A DNA stretch of 64,000 nucleotides from Marsupella aquatica (GCA_973895155.1 OZ316896.1:7831439-7895438), one strand, 5' to 3'. Counted from the stretch's first letter, positions 38,735 to 51,776 are shown. Program-made: numbers and translations. Notes: a model not told the origin generated them from the letters alone.

Positions 38735-40756
38735 ATATTGAAGCTTCACCCAGGGAAGTGCTTCTTTGGTGTGGAAGAAGGGATACTACTTGGTCACAAG
38801 GTATCCAAGAAAGGCATCGAGGTGGATCAAGAAAATATGGCTGTCCAATTTCCAACTTCAGTAACAGAGTTGAGGGGATTCTTGGGATGTTTAAACTACT
38901 ATAGAAGGTTCATTAAGGACTTTGCTAAAGTAGCTTTACCCCTAACCAGCATGCTTAAGAAGGGGGCTGAGGTCGAACCCTCAGTTGAGAGGCTAGCAAG
39001 TTTCCAGGAGTTGAAGAACAGGTTGGTTGAAGCTCCTATCTTGATAGCACCTGATTGGAGTAGAGAATTCCATGTGTATGTGGATGTGTCTGGTTTTTGT
39101 ATTGGTGTGGTGCTCAGTCAACTTGATGACCAGAATAAGGATCACCCTGTCTACTTTGCAAGTAGACTTTTAGCACCTGCTGAAAAGAATTACTTACCAA
39201 CCGATAGATAAGCTCTAGGCATCATCTACTCTTGTAAGAAGTTTAGGCACTACTTGTTGGGCTATAAGGTGGTCTTCCATACTGATCACAATGCTCTCAA
39301 GTATATGGTGAATAAACCTGATGTAAGTGGTAGAGTGGCAAGGTGGATCTTGTTGCTCCAAGAGTTTGATTATGAGGTGCGGGTCAGGCCTGGTAAGAAG
39401 CATGGGAATGCAGACTTCTTCTCAAGGATTGAAGGAGAAGAGGACTTGAAGGAGGTGGATGATCAGTTTCCAGATGAAGACCTCTTTCATGTGGGAAGTG
39501 GAGGGGATACATGGTACTTGGATATCATCCAATTTCTTCTCACAACCCGGCTACCAAGAGATTTGAACCAAGAGGAGGCTGCTGTTTTCCTGCGGAAAGT
39601 CAGACCCTACTTATTGGTGAAGGGTGTCCTTCACAAGGAAGGAGTTGATGGGAGACTAAGGAGGTGTTTGGAGAAGAAGGAAATCTCCATTGTGATGAGA
39701 GCTATGCATGAGGAGGAGGCTGGTGGCCATTATGCAAGTGCAACAACAGCAAGGAAGATCCTTGATGCAGGGTATTGGTGGCCAACACTTCACAAGGATG
39801 TAAGTCTTTTTGTGAGGGGATGTGACCCTTGCCAAAGGACAGGTAAACCAGCTCACTCTAGGCATCACCCTCTTACCACCATTTTACCTCTTGCACCTTT
39901 TGAGAAATGGGGTATAGATTTCATAGGTCCCATCACTCCTGTGACCAGGTCTAGAAGGAATTGATACATCCTTCTTGCAACTGATTATGCTACTAAGTGG
40001 GTAGAGGCACGACCAACAAGCAAGGACAATGCTCTCACAGTAGCAAGGTTCATGTATCAGCAGATTTTTACCAGATTTGGACCACCTCTTGAATTGGTTA
40101 GTGATAGGGGGACTCACTTCTTGAATGAGGTCGTGGAGGAGCTCACTACTCAGTACTTGATTAAGCATAGGAAGACCACTCCCTATCACCCCAAGGCAAA
40201 TGGATTGACTGAGAGAGCTAATGGGATTATTGGCAAGATCTTGAACAAAACCGTGGCGGCACACAGGACAGATTGGGATGACAAATTATACTCAGCAGCG
40301 TACTCCTACAACCTTGCTTTCAAGACCACAACTGGCCATAGTCCTTTCTACCTAGTTTTTGGACAGCACTCACTTGTCCCTGTTGAGTTTGAAGTACCTA
40401 TGGAGGAGCGAATGGAGGCTGACCAGAGTCTGATGGAGAGAGCTTACCAGCTGGAGGAGTTGGAGGAAATCAGGGAAGAGGCAAGCCAGCAACTGAAGAA
40501 GAAGCAAGCTCAAGTGAAGAAACATCATGACAAGCAGTTGAAGAAGCCGACTTCTTTACTTGTTGGACAGTTGGTATTACTCTATGATAGTAAGTATGCT
40601 CATTTTCCAGGCAAGTTGCATACTCGATGGTTGGGTCCTTATGTTGTTCACCAGGTTTATGCTAATGGGTCAATTCAGCTTGCTACTCTTGAAGGAGAGG
40701 TGTTTTCTACTAGAGTGCATCATGATCGATTGAAGCGATATTATAATCAGGAATGA
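38735..40756 (+). pseudogene. Ty3/gypsy pol, 5'-truncated (RT C-terminus, RNase H, integrase)
   Basis: LGHKVS, LRGFLG..NYYRRFI, TDHNAL, RWILLLQEF, HHCC zinc finger, WGIDF, SDRGTHF, YHPKANGLTE, WLGPY. Stops at 39209 and 39962. Confidence 0.93.
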
Positions 40757-40796
40757 GTGTGTTTGCGGGGACGCTGCACACTTAAGTAGGGGGTTA

Positions 40797-42440
40797 TGTA
40801 GAATGGCTCGATATAGGTTTATGTAAGAAACTTGTCATTTTTTTGCTTTTTGAACAAGGAATAGTAAGAAAGATGTTTTAAGTGCTATTGGAGTAACTAG
40901 GTTTTAGGAACTTAAGTAGGTAGAATAGGAAAGATAGTGGAATGGAAGGTTACTGAGTTGTAAGCAAGTGACAAGGGATAAGAAAGGTCTTTATGATGGG
41001 GCATACAACGTTCCGTCCTTATTTAGACTAGGCGACTATTTCGAGCCGGAGAAACAACCCGACACTTGAAGTCTTAATTTTGGTTCAGATTTTTCCCATA
41101 GATGCTAGGAGGTCCCTAGAGCACCCCTAAAAAGTTAGATGTCAAGTGGGGTCTCAACCTAGGGTTTCCTTGTATTTTGGTGTGACTTAAATTAACAAAA
41201 TAGCGGGTCCCGGGAAAAATAGCTGATGAGTAAATTTAGGAGTTCCAAGTTTGCGAGTGGGTGAAATATGGTCCACTCTATCCCTGGAAACTTGTGGTAG
41301 AACTTGGTTATCTTTGTTTACGTTTTGGGAGCATCTCAAAGTTGAGAAGAATTTTGGAAAACATAATAATTAACCCTCTGTATCTAATTTTAGAAAATCG
41401 TTTATAAGGTTTTTTTTAGATATTAGTAAACCAGGACATATTCCTATGGCTAGAGAAGTTGTAGATATACTCAAAAGTCATTTTGGACTCATGTGTGATT
41501 TTTTGGGGCGGTCCAAAACGGCCTGGAAATACTGTTTTCCCAACAAAAAAATCCAAAATTTTTTCTAAGTGTCAACCGCGTCGGCGGCGACCACGACTTA
41601 TGCACGAGGCCGGGCCGACTCAAGCACGAGGTCAGGAACACCATAAGGGTCAATACATGAGATGCTTGCTTCGAATTAGGAATTAAGAGGCAGCTACGAA
41701 ATTGAATTGAGCTGCGATAGCTTCAGGCATGGGATGCTGATCAGAATTGGCTGGCTGCCTCGACGTTGCTGATTGGAATAGAGCTCCTTGCTATGGAGAA
41801 ATAGGCTGCTGTTGATCAAGAGATAGCTGGCTGGCTGTGAGCTATGGTGGGCTATGAAATTGAAGGGCTGGCAGCTGATCAGACTTACTGCTGCACCAGA
41901 ATTAGAAGGGCTAGCTTCAAGCACAAGATGTTGAGTGTTGGCTGATTAGTAAGTATGCTGCAAGCTCAACAGTGTTGCTACTTTGCTAGCTACGAAGTTG
42001 AGAAGGGTGAGCTATGGCCGGCTGCTGGAGAATAGAGCTAGGCTGCTAGCAAATTGATTGAATGTAGTAGCAAACAGACCAGCTGCAAGGAAGGAATTAA
42101 GAGGGCTAGCTGCGAATTGGTGGGCTATGGCTGCTGCAAAATTCTGCTGCGATTTTGAATCACTTGCAAGGCTGGATGGCTATGGAGGTGGACTGAGAAG
42201 GGTGCTGCAAACCTGGTTGAGTTGTAGATTGACCTGCTGCCATTCGAATCCAACAGAGAATGATGCAATTTCAGATTGAATTCAAGAGAGGAAAATGGCT
42301 GCAAAAATTGATGTCCTTATCAAATTCTTCATAAGAAACGTGAGTATAATGAGAGTACTCTCCTCTGGTGACACCTGGAATCTCCATAAGGGGCGTGTAA
42401 GGTAAGTGTAATCGGGTCGCCGCTTACACCCGATTTACAC
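40797..42440 (+). repeat. probable 3' LTR of the gypsy element (right end uncertain)
   Basis: PPT AGTAGGGGG then TA, then TGTA at 40797. Candidate ...TTACA ends lie near 42428-42439. Confidence 0.5.
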
Positions 42441-43739
42441 CAAAAACAGGCCTTGGGAGAATGGGCATAACTTTGGCTAGGGGTATCCGTTGGGGCCCAA
42501 TTGTTTTTGTGCTGAGTTAGGGGAAGGTAAGGCACCCCTTGGTGAAGGTGGAAACCCAAAAAAAGAATCACTCAAATATATTTTTAGCCGAGGCCACAAG
42601 GGGGTCCCGATGACTTGCAAACCAAAGTCGGCATAGGGGAATGAATACTAGATTTAGGGGCTGACCTTTCTTGCACCCATACCACTTTAGTTAGGCTCTA
42701 GGGAAGGGTACTTACCTTTGGTCAAAGGTGTAAGGCCATCAAGTTAAGAAAAGTAAATATAGGGGGTAGTTTATTTAGGGTAGTAAAAATCTAACATTTC
42801 ACTAACTCTGGAGATTCTTTTGTCCAAAGTTGAAGAATGAAATTTCCAAAACATTCATTTCAAAAATCCAAAAACGTGACCTGAAATTTCCAAAACCCAA
42901 AATTGAAGTTTCCAAAAACATACTTTTAAATTTCCAAAACCTAGTCCATTGGATGAATTACGAATTCAAAGGCAATGAAAAAAGTACTCCAAATGAATGA
43001 CTAAAATTACTCTTTATAATAAATGGGGCACTAACGGTGGTGCCGTACATATATTTTGATATCCCTTCATGGGACTTCATAATTGTTGGGTTTTTTGCTA
43101 ACTACAACATCGTCTTCCGCTAAAGTGACTACAAAGTTGACTAGACAACTACACATATTTGACTAGACAGCTACACTAATCATATCAAGAATATGTGTGA
43201 ACTAACAAATGAAGGATAGCTTCGTCACAGACACCTATTTCTCCTCCTTCCTAAACTCTATCCATCTTCCAAACCTCGTCACAGACACCCATTTCTCCTC
43301 CTTCCTAAACTATGTCCATCTTCCAAAACCCCTGCCAAAGCCTCCCCTCTCCCCTCTGCATTCCGCCATAGTCCAATTGTGTCCGCCTTCAAGCCAAAAC
43401 GACTCCTCTTCTCCTCTCCTCTGCTATTGGGCCAAACCGAAAGGAATGATTCCAGGGTTGCGCATGCCCGTCACCCCTCCCTCCAAATGGGGATAATTCT
43501 AATCTATATGAAACATATTCACTAAATTCTATCCGTAATCTGAAGTACTAAGTCCTGTCTACTCTTTACTCCTGTGTTTATTCTACAGAATTTTGACGTT
43601 TGTCTGTGAACTGCGCTGACTACTTTCACAAACTCTCTAAAATTTGTGGCGAATAGCCCATGCGCAGCTCCTAGGCCTTTTGCACATTGATTAGTTTCAT
43701 GCTCAGTGAAGTCTTCCTTACGAGACATCCACAATATGA

Positions 43740-44567
43740 TCTCTATGTGCTAAGGAGTAAGTTCTGAAGTTGTCAATTGGAGAACATCATATTTGCACAT
43801 TGGCCACGACGCAAAAAGAGAATTAGATTCCCCAAACCCCTGCAGTTGAGTGTATATTTGTTGATACTGTTTCCGGTCTTCAGCTAAATTCAGACTGGAC
43901 CATTTTGGAGTGTTTCGCCACAAAATACACACGCACATCTCTTGCCAAGGCCAACTCCTGCAACACTGGTTGAAGTTTGTTGCTTATAAACGTATCTGCA
44001 AGGAAACCATTATTATTGTCGTTGAAGCAATCACAAAACAACGTCGAGTGTTCGGGGTTAAAGAAACTTCTATGAGCTAAATCATCAAGAAGGATGGTGT
44101 TGCTGTCATTATAAGGTGCGCTTGTCCGATCTCCATATAAAACGAGGTCATCCTAAATATTTTTCAGTAATTTCACAAAGCAATTTTTCCCTTTGTTTCT
44201 TCCAGCCCCATAAAATATCCCAGTCGACAAGGCTTCCGCTTCAGTTCTCACAAAGACAAATTGATGCTTCTCGTTGGGAAACACTTTCTCCAAAATTTCA
44301 TGCACATTATGATATACGGCACAGGCCCATATCCCCACATCAAATGTCTGAAGACACCATTCAACGAAGCACCGCATTCCCGGTCTTACATAGATGATTC
44401 TATTCTTTAGAAACAATGTCTCCCCGTTTTCAGTATTTATATCCCTAAGAGACTTTGCTCGCACTCCCGATATTTGCACAATATGTAAGACGACATTCAT
44501 GTCAAGTACAAGCAGTTTACGAAAATGGTGTTTAGTATAAAAGTTGCCATATCGTATGTTACAATAT
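43740..44567 (-). pseudogene. FCP1/NIF-like phosphatase-domain exon (cassette copy 2), frameshifted
   Basis: RKLLVLDMN, YVRPGMRCF, FDVGIWACA, NTILLDD...FNPEHSTLF. Acceptor at a position similar to copy 1. Confidence 0.78.
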
Positions 44568-44697
44568 CTGCAGAGTGATGAAACAATAAATGAACATCAA
44601 TATCGTAAAGTCAATGCAAGAGCGTAACATCAATTACGACGCATTGCAACGTATGGAAGTCTGACGATAACATATTCCACACGAGAATCGCGTAGAT

Positions 44698-47352
44698 CTA
44701 ACTCAAATGGTGATGATAAAGGCTTAGAACAATATTCCTGCTTTCAGCATCCATGTCCTCGGCTTTGAAATCAATAGGCTTCTCCCTACTCCGGTAATCA
44801 GCAAATTTCATGACAAACACTCCGCAGTTGTAGTCATCGATTTGAAGAGGGATGTCTTTACAACAATTTCTTGGCCATGACAAAGCATTCAGTTCCTTAT
44901 GAGTTCTGAACATGGCTTCATCATCTAGATATCTTGCTAGGTTCTCAAGAACTTTAGGGTTATCTCCGTGCAAAGAATCCAAATAGTCCAGTTTCCTAAG
45001 ACCCATGTCGATGACGACCAGTGCCCAATGGTTATGTCCCTCATGAATAGGGACCATGACCATCTCTACATCAGTTAAAAAGTACTCCAACTTTGAGGTC
45101 CAAGTTTGAACATTGTCATACTTGTATCCACCTCGAGCAAGTTCCGAATAGAACCAAGTATCAAAAATATGAACCTGCGAGAGGTCGGTACTCGCGGATT
45201 CTGCTCTCGAAGCAATCAGACCAAAATAAGCATTCAAAATTTCAGAAGTTATCCATCGCTTGGGACCTAGACATGCCATCTCGTGACGAGTTATGACGCA
45301 TCCACTGATTTTCGACAAAACTAAATCCTGATCCATGTTATGGTTGAGGCAAAAGTCTATCACCACATCATCGTTCAGGTGGAGAGAAGTGGGAAAGAGT
45401 GAATTGGCACCTGCCTCATTCGCAGGCTCCACTGCAAGTTCCACGACAACATTTTCGACATGTCCCATGACGAGCTTGACCTTGCATGGACCCTGATTTT
45501 CTGCCCAAGTGTGGGGAGAGGATGGATTGACAATGTTAATGGCCTCTTGAACTCCAGTGACAACTCCAAGGTAATCGGAAGGATCCTCAGACACAACCGG
45601 TGCAATATCATTTACAATTGAGTCCACCTCGCCAAACGACCCCACACGAGGCTCGCATAGAGATAGAGGTATCCCATCGTCATTGTGTTCTTCCTTCACA
45701 AGAGGTCCTTCGGAACTCCCTAAGTGGTGGATCGGTCTTTTCGCCTCACCAAATTCCCATGGACGGCGAATCTGTTCCCCAACATTAATCATTCCAACAC
45801 AAGGATCAGAAAATCTGTTATCGTCTTGATGGGAGATTGTTCCAGTGACATGATAGTGCCTCCCTTCCTTTGCGCCACTTGCATTAGAGTTTTGCGTTGA
45901 GCTGCCCTCCCCTCCTGGAAGTTTCCATAAGGATTTTGCAAATTGTGCGACACCCTCCAACAACTTGACATTCTCCGCATAAGACGTGAGGTCCATCACA
46001 TCCCCCCTTTCCGAACAAAACGAGAAACATTCCCTTTTCAGAAGCAGGGCATTCTTTAAAACTTGCCCACCAGTAAAGAAGTCCAACACAATTTCCTCCT
46101 TCTCAAAAAATTGAAGAATGATTGCCTTGATAATTCTGCTGGGCTTAATGTTTGATGTAAATGTTCTGCCACCGGGGGTTAGGAAAGGAATGAGTCTATA
46201 CAAGCGATCTCCAAGAGCGGATTTTTGCTTTGCTGCAACCTCTTCCTTGGAAAGGCCAGCATAATCTTCTTTGGCTGGTCTTGCCAGTTCAAGCTGATCC
46301 ATGGATTCTGCCAAGAAATTACCTTGAAACCCTCTGAAATGTTTTTCCCAATCCGGTTCTTGTTCCTGGGAGACTCCAAGGAAAACAATGGACTCAATAA
46401 TACCCGGCATGAAATGCGATGAGCGGACTTCTTTCGCACTCTTCCAATAGCTTCCATACTCCAGATGAGCATTATAACTGGAAGGTAGATCAGTGACAGC
46501 TTCAATAATTCTGGCCAGCAAGAGACCCGGGTGCACAAAAAACACGACAGTCACCAAGTCGTTGGCGGGGACATTCATGACAGTCTTCAAGAAATTCAGC
46601 AGCTCCAATTGTGTCCAGGTATTTTGAATTGAGTGTGTCATATTGACAATAGCAAGTGACGCATTAATCCTCTCCCTACAACTCGTCGAATCAAAAGGAG
46701 GCTCCGCGGAAGCAAGAAGATTCCCAGAGTAAAATATTTGATATGGATCCATTCTCTCGCAAATAGTTCCCCCAAATTTCTTTTGGTAAATATTCCGTAA
46801 CCTATTCTTCAAAGGTTCCGGCATATCAGATTTTGTAGAGACCTTGACTAAACTCTTGAAATAAGCATTGTCGACCATTGAGCAACATCGATCCAATTCT
46901 TCATTCGTGAAATTAAACTCGCGGACCACGTTTGACCAAACGGCCCCAACATTGAAAACACTTTCATAGGTCTCGCGGTAGAACCGCAAGATTGCACCTT
47001 TCAGCTTTTCAGTATACTTGGCTTTCATGGCAAGATTGGACATTGAAGGTATATCTGTCCTTGCATGTCTTCTCTTCATCAAGAGAACCTCTCCCAATTG
47101 AACTTTATTCAAGATAGAGGTAATGTCAGATTCTTGCGCCCCCTCAAATACCCTAAATGTCGTCCCAGTAAGTTGCTTTGCTTCCCTCTTCTTCCCAGTC
47201 ATCTCTCCATTGTTGTCAGGTAAACTACCGGACAACCAACTATTGCAGACCGACATCCACAACTTATAGAGGCTCTCCGATGCGAAAAGGATCCAGTTGT
47301 ATTTGCTGATGCTACTCACTTTCAGTGTGACTTTGGCCAACCCTTCGTAATC
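44698..47352 (-). CDS. amino-MTase-like domain plus Ulp1 (C48) SUMO/ubiquitin-like protease (cassette copy 2)
   Basis: KPSRIIKAIILQFFEKEEIVLDFFTGG...ALLLKREC (MTase-like). Ulp1 motifs WITSEILNAY, VPIH..HNHW, YLDS and QIDDYNCG with an intact His/Asp/Cys triad. Confidence 0.8.
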   Translation of the reverse strand, partial: DYEGLAKVTLKVSSISKYNWILFASESLYKLWMSVCNSWLSGSLPDNNGEMTGKKREAKQLTGTTFRVFEGAQESDITSILNKVQLGEVLLMKRRHARTDIPSMSNLAMKAKYTEKLKGAILRFYRETYESVFNVGAVWSNVVREFNFTNEELDRCCSMVDNAYFKSLVKVSTKSDMPEPLKNRLRNIYQKKFGGTICERMDPYQIFYSGNLLASAEPPFDSTSCRERINASLAIVNMTHSIQNTWTQLELLNFLKTVMNVPANDLVTVVFFVHPGLLLARIIEAVTDLPSSYNAHLEYGSYWKSAKEVRSSHFMPGIIESIVFLGVSQEQEPDWEKHFRGFQGNFLAESMDQLELARPAKEDYAGLSKEEVAAKQKSALGDRLYRLIPFLTPGGRTFTSNIKPSRIIKAIILQFFEKEEIVLDFFTGGQVLKNALLLKRECFSFCSERGDVMDLTSYAENVKLLEGVAQFAKSLWKLPGGEGSSTQNSNASGAKEGRHYHVTGTISHQDDNRFSDPCVGMINVGEQIRRPWEFGEAKRPIHHLGSSEGPLVKEEHNDDGIPLSLCEPRVGSFGEVDSIVNDIAPVVSEDPSDYLGVVTGVQEAINIVNPSSPHTWAENQGPCKVKLVMGHVENVVVELAVEPANEAGANSLFPTSLHLNDDVVIDFCLNHNMDQDLVLSKISGCVITRHEMACLGPKRWITSEILNAYFGLIASRAESASTDLSQVHIFDTWFYSELARGGYKYDNVQTWTSKLEYFLTDVEMVMVPIHEGHNHWALVVIDMGLRKLDYLDSLHGDNPKVLENLARYLDDEAMFRTHKELNALSWPRNCCKDIPLQIDDYNCGVFVMKFADYRSREKPIDFKAEDMDAESRNIVLSLYHHHLS

Positions 47353-47488
47353 CTGAAACCCAACAACAAACGGTAAGAACAACACAGTAAACCAAACCTT
47401 TGGAGAAGGTATCTTAGAGCCAAGCCTCGGATTCTACACGAGGCTCGTGTGGACCACAAAAGAAACTATGGTGTCAAAAAGAACGGAC

Positions 47489-49500
47489 CTGGAATTCCTG
47501 GGATTTTTGCCCTGACGGCACTGGCCGCACTGGTCGATTCATTTCTGAATATTCCATTCTTGCATGCCTGACCTGGTCGATGAATGGTGACGAGAACGAT
47601 GTGCTTCAGCTTGCAAGTTGTTTGCATGTGAAATCTCAACCAACACCTTAACAGGTGTCGACCCCTTGAGAATTCTTGCACAACGGAATTTGAGAAGGTT
47701 GGCAGTTTCAACCAGAGATGGCTGTGTCCGAGAACTCCGAATGATTTTCCTCGAGGCCATAGTCGAGTGTTCACCACTTATTGCAAAATATTGATACTCA
47801 GATAATTGTTTAGAATCAAAATCTCTGACGGAAAGATCGATAAGACTGTAAACACCATTAATCATCTTGTAAGGCACCATATCTGCAGGCAAAGGTTCAT
47901 GGCCGGCATTTGAAATCATCAACTGAACAAGATGGTTGACATGGTCTTTGTTGAGTAATCGCTCATTCATTTTTGCCGGCGGAGGATAGATATTCATCAA
48001 AGGAACAAGGAAAAATTTTGATAGCCCAAAAGAATACCAGCATCGGTTTTGCTGCAAAGTCTTTTCTGCCCTCTCAAGTCTGGCTCGATCAACGATTACT
48101 TTAGAACTCGAGTCAACATTCATCTCTCCCATGTCATCCACGATATCCATCTCAATCATCTCCACTTTCTTATGTTGTTTCTTCGGGATTGGGACATCGG
48201 TTTCTAGTGCCTCTTCCATTCGCTCAGTCTCTCTTTTGCGGCCCCTTCCACGCTTGGACTTCTCCGATCTTGTCACCCCATGGTCTGTGGATACGTCTTG
48301 CACTTGAGTATTGACCTTTTGAGATTTTGAGGGCACCTTTTGTTTCACGACAACGGAAGGTGTTGCAGTGGAAGCCTTACGAGACAAATCCTTCTTAACG
48401 ACACCTTTTGATACGGGTTTTGCTATCTCTTCCACAACTGCCTGCTTCTTTTGAGCCTTCTTCCTGACAGCCTTCTTTTGTTCTGGCATGTCGGCCGCCT
48501 TAATCTTCTTCTGTGGTTGTTTGGACTTTGAAATCTGTGGCCCTTTCACCTCAGTAGAGCTAGTGCGGATTTTTGCCTGAGGGACATTGGCTTTCCCAAC
48601 CTTCTCTAGAAGAGCGATCTTTGAAGACAATCTCTTCTTCTTGGAAGGAGGAGCGTCTTCTTCCATTCGCTTTCTTTTCTTTTTCTTCTGCACCTCCATC
48701 TCAGTCTCAAAGTCCTTTTTCTCTTCAGCCTCTGAGCCTCCCACTTCCATGAGTTCTTCATCCATGACTTGGATCTCATCTTCAAAGATCTCCTCTGTTC
48801 CAACCAACTCAAGACTCAAAGAGTCATTGAGAACAATGCTCGGTTCATCTGATGTACCCTGTGAACTTGACAACAATCCAGGTTCCTGTACAACTTTGCT
48901 TGCTTTGAGATTTGGGCCACCACCATGACGTCCGTGCCTTTTCTGATTCAAATTGAAGGCCTTCACTACAGGATGGGTCGCAACCCAACGTTTAGTCCTT
49001 TCCTCGTCAACTGGATCTGGGAAAGCAATTTCCGGAATGATCTTGATCTCTTGCCGGAGTTCATATTCCGGAAAAGATAGAGACATGACGTAAACAACAT
49101 GCCTGGTTGCAGAAAGGTGAGATTGATAATCTTCGAAGAACAAAAAACTAACCCTTCCCAGCCCTGAAACAATATCCTTAGTAGTGAGAACATTATCTGG
49201 ATCCATGAAACGATGAGTGGATGGATCAAAAATTCCTAAGGACATTATGTTCATTGTCGCATCATTTGACTCAAGATAATGTGCGCAACAATATTGTTCA
49301 ACGACAAGAGAGAACTCTCTATATCCACAATTAATGCGGTCCTCCACCGTCACTGTCAGAAAGACCTTCCCCTTCTGGTGCTCTGGTGCTTTTGAAATCC
49401 TACAATCAGCAAGCACACCCAAGTACTTCCAAAACCTTTTGGGCTTGGCAATAACAATCCCCCACAACCAACACCTCCAAGCGTCACCCTCCATACGCAT
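47489..49500 (-). CDS. N-terminal region, Lys-rich linker and ParB/Srx-like domain (cassette copy 2)
   Basis: ERLLNKDHVNHLVQLMISNAG...YFAISGEHS aligns with copy 1. Frameshift near 47595, intron at 47353-47488. Confidence 0.65.
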
Positions 49501-49846
49501 TTCAAAAGACCATGAATTGACGATTGGATTTTGGGGGCTAACAGTGCTTGGACTTAGCGGCTGCGGTAGGCGCGGGTGGCTGAAACAAACATACAGGAAT
49601 CCTAGGAAAGAACCAATACGGAAGATTTAGAACAAAGTCCAAGATGTCAAAACAAATGCCGAGATTTTATTATTCACAAAAATGGACAATCCGTCCAGAA
49701 AACAACTCATTCGACCAAAATGGACTTTGCCCGCTCGACTACCATCTTCTAAAGTTGGGGCACATATTCATCTGGGTGCCTCAAACTCCAACTAAACAAC
49801 TCGTCTAGTACTAAGTCTTGACAAATGAGTTCTAGGGAAATGTCTC

Positions 49847-50410
49847 CTAGGCTGCTTCCTTCTTTAGCCTCTTGATAGTCTGGAGGTGGCCTTCCTCCTG
49901 GGCCGTCATGATAATCAGCTTCTTTGTGAGTGTCTGTATCTGACTCTCACAGAGCTCATCAAGCTTGGCGGCCTCCTTCATCACTAGGCACAACTCCTGA
50001 CATGTATGAAGATGGTTCCGCTGAGCTCGAAAATATCTTCCAGCATAATCCTTTCTAATCAAACTAATCTCTTCATCTTTCTCCTTCACAGTTTCTCGTA
50101 GGGTCTCAAGTTCCTCGAGGACATCCTTAGTCATTTGGGACTCCTTCTCATGTTTATCTTTGATCGATTTCAAATGTTTCAAGGCATTGTTGATTTGGCC
50201 TTCAAGGTGACAAATGAGCCTCAGGTGAGTAACATGCTCTACATGAGAGTCGCGTGAAAGCAAATGGAAATGATATTTACTCCAACGCATTTTCATACGG
50301 AAGCACTGATGGGATGAGGATCTCCCGGGATCTACACGAGAGTCGTGTGAAGATAGAGATAAAAAATGTCTAAAACTGATTCGGAGAAAAAGACTGAGGG
50401 TTACCTTCAA
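49847..50410 (-). CDS. small coiled-coil ORF or exon, unknown function
   Basis: Open frame with a heptad-like E/K/L-rich C-terminal half. Start is uncertain. Confidence 0.35.
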   Translation of the reverse strand: MKVTLSLFLRISFRHFLSLSSHDSRVDPGRSSSHQCFRMKMRWSKYHFHLLSRDSHVEHVTHLRLICHLEGQINNALKHLKSIKDKHEKESQMTKDVLEELETLRETVKEKDEEISLIRKDYAGRYFRAQRNHLHTCQELCLVMKEAAKLDELCESQIQTLTKKLIIMTAQEEGHLQTIKRLKKEAA

Positions 50411-50539
50411 GCATGATCTATGCGTTCACGACATAGTACTGGAGCTCATCTACACGAGTCTCGTGTAGAAAACTTAGTACTGGGTATCGCATAACACAAA
50501 TAAATCTAATAGGATAATCTCTACACGAGACTCGTGTGG
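50239..50539. repeat. cluster of 19-bp palindromes CTACACGAG-N-CTCGTGTRG
   Basis: Copies at 50239, 50332, 50450 (perfect) and 50521. Confidence 0.85.
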
Positions 50540-51573
50540 AAGGAACCGCTCTCGGGGCTTTCACTTCCACACAAATGGCACATCACGTGCGACGAAGTAT
50601 AGGGTCAATTTATTGGTTTGAAAGGAAGACTTCAGAATTTTTGTAGAAGAACAATAGGGTCCTTTAAATTCAATTTTGAGACTTATAAGAACATTAGGGT
50701 CTTTTAAACCAAATTTTGGAATATTCCAAGAATATTCCAACTTTATAGGGGTTGAAAAATACATTTTTTTTCTTACATTTTAGGGGGTCTGAGACCTAAA
50801 AACGTCGCAGGGGATGGGGAGACATCCATATAGTGAGACCCCTGAGGAACCGCTGAAATTTGAAATAAAAACAAACAACGAAAAGAAAAACTAAAGATCT
50901 ACACAACTGTCATGTGGAAATACCTTCAACTCTGGTGAAAGCTGCGACCGACATCTCCCAGACCTCCGATTCGGATAGATTCGCCATGAAACCTCTTCGC
51001 ACGTGTGAAACAATTCGCAAAATATGGACGGATTTGAGCAGAACTCAAAGGTAGAGACGAATGAGTGAAAGGGCGGAGAATGAGCGAGAGGGCAAAGATG
51101 AAGGAATGAGTGAATGAGCAAATCTCCTTGAAATATATAACTAACACGAGGAATAGGCAAGCGTGAAAATGGGCAAGCGTGAAGCGTGAAGACATCATTA
51201 AGAGCACCGCCAAAATATCAACGAATCTTACCAGCCGACAATCGTGCAGAGCTATCAGCCTGTCACATTCGAGCAAATGTGCTTATTCTTTTGTCATTAT
51301 GTGTTGTCATTATCTGACATGATTAATTGCGCCGCCAAAATATCAGAAAATCCTATCATTTTCGTCCATTATATTCGGGATTATGTTCGGGATTTCTATC
51401 TGGGAATGGTATTTATCGATTAGTCGTCCTGATTCTCTAGTCATTCTCTCGCCAGAGGTGAATGGTTCCAAGGACAAGTTCTGGCACGGGTGGTTCAGAG
51501 GACAGGTTTTGGCACGGGTTTGAGTCCAAGGACTGCTTCTAGGCGCCCAATTGGTACGTCCCTTCTGGGATTC

Positions 51574-51637
51574 CATTCCTGTGACTGTCTCATTCCTGTG
51601 ACTGTCTCATTCCTGTCAGTGTCTCATTCCTGTCACT
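51574..51637. repeat. 17-bp tandem repeat (ATTCCTGTGACTGTCTC, about 4 units)
   Basis: Directly visible. Confidence 0.85.
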
Positions 51638-51776
51638 CTTGGAGAATGTTTTTTTAGGACAATTATCTGTACCTCATTTCTTTCAAAAGTTCTACTAAAT
51701 AGGGGTACTATTATAGGATATTTAGCATTTCAAGAGGAATTAGACCTCATTTCTTCCTTAACTGCCCTAATTTTAG

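Noticed and set aside
43222-43330. About 54-bp direct duplication
   Set aside because: A two-copy local duplication with no further structure.
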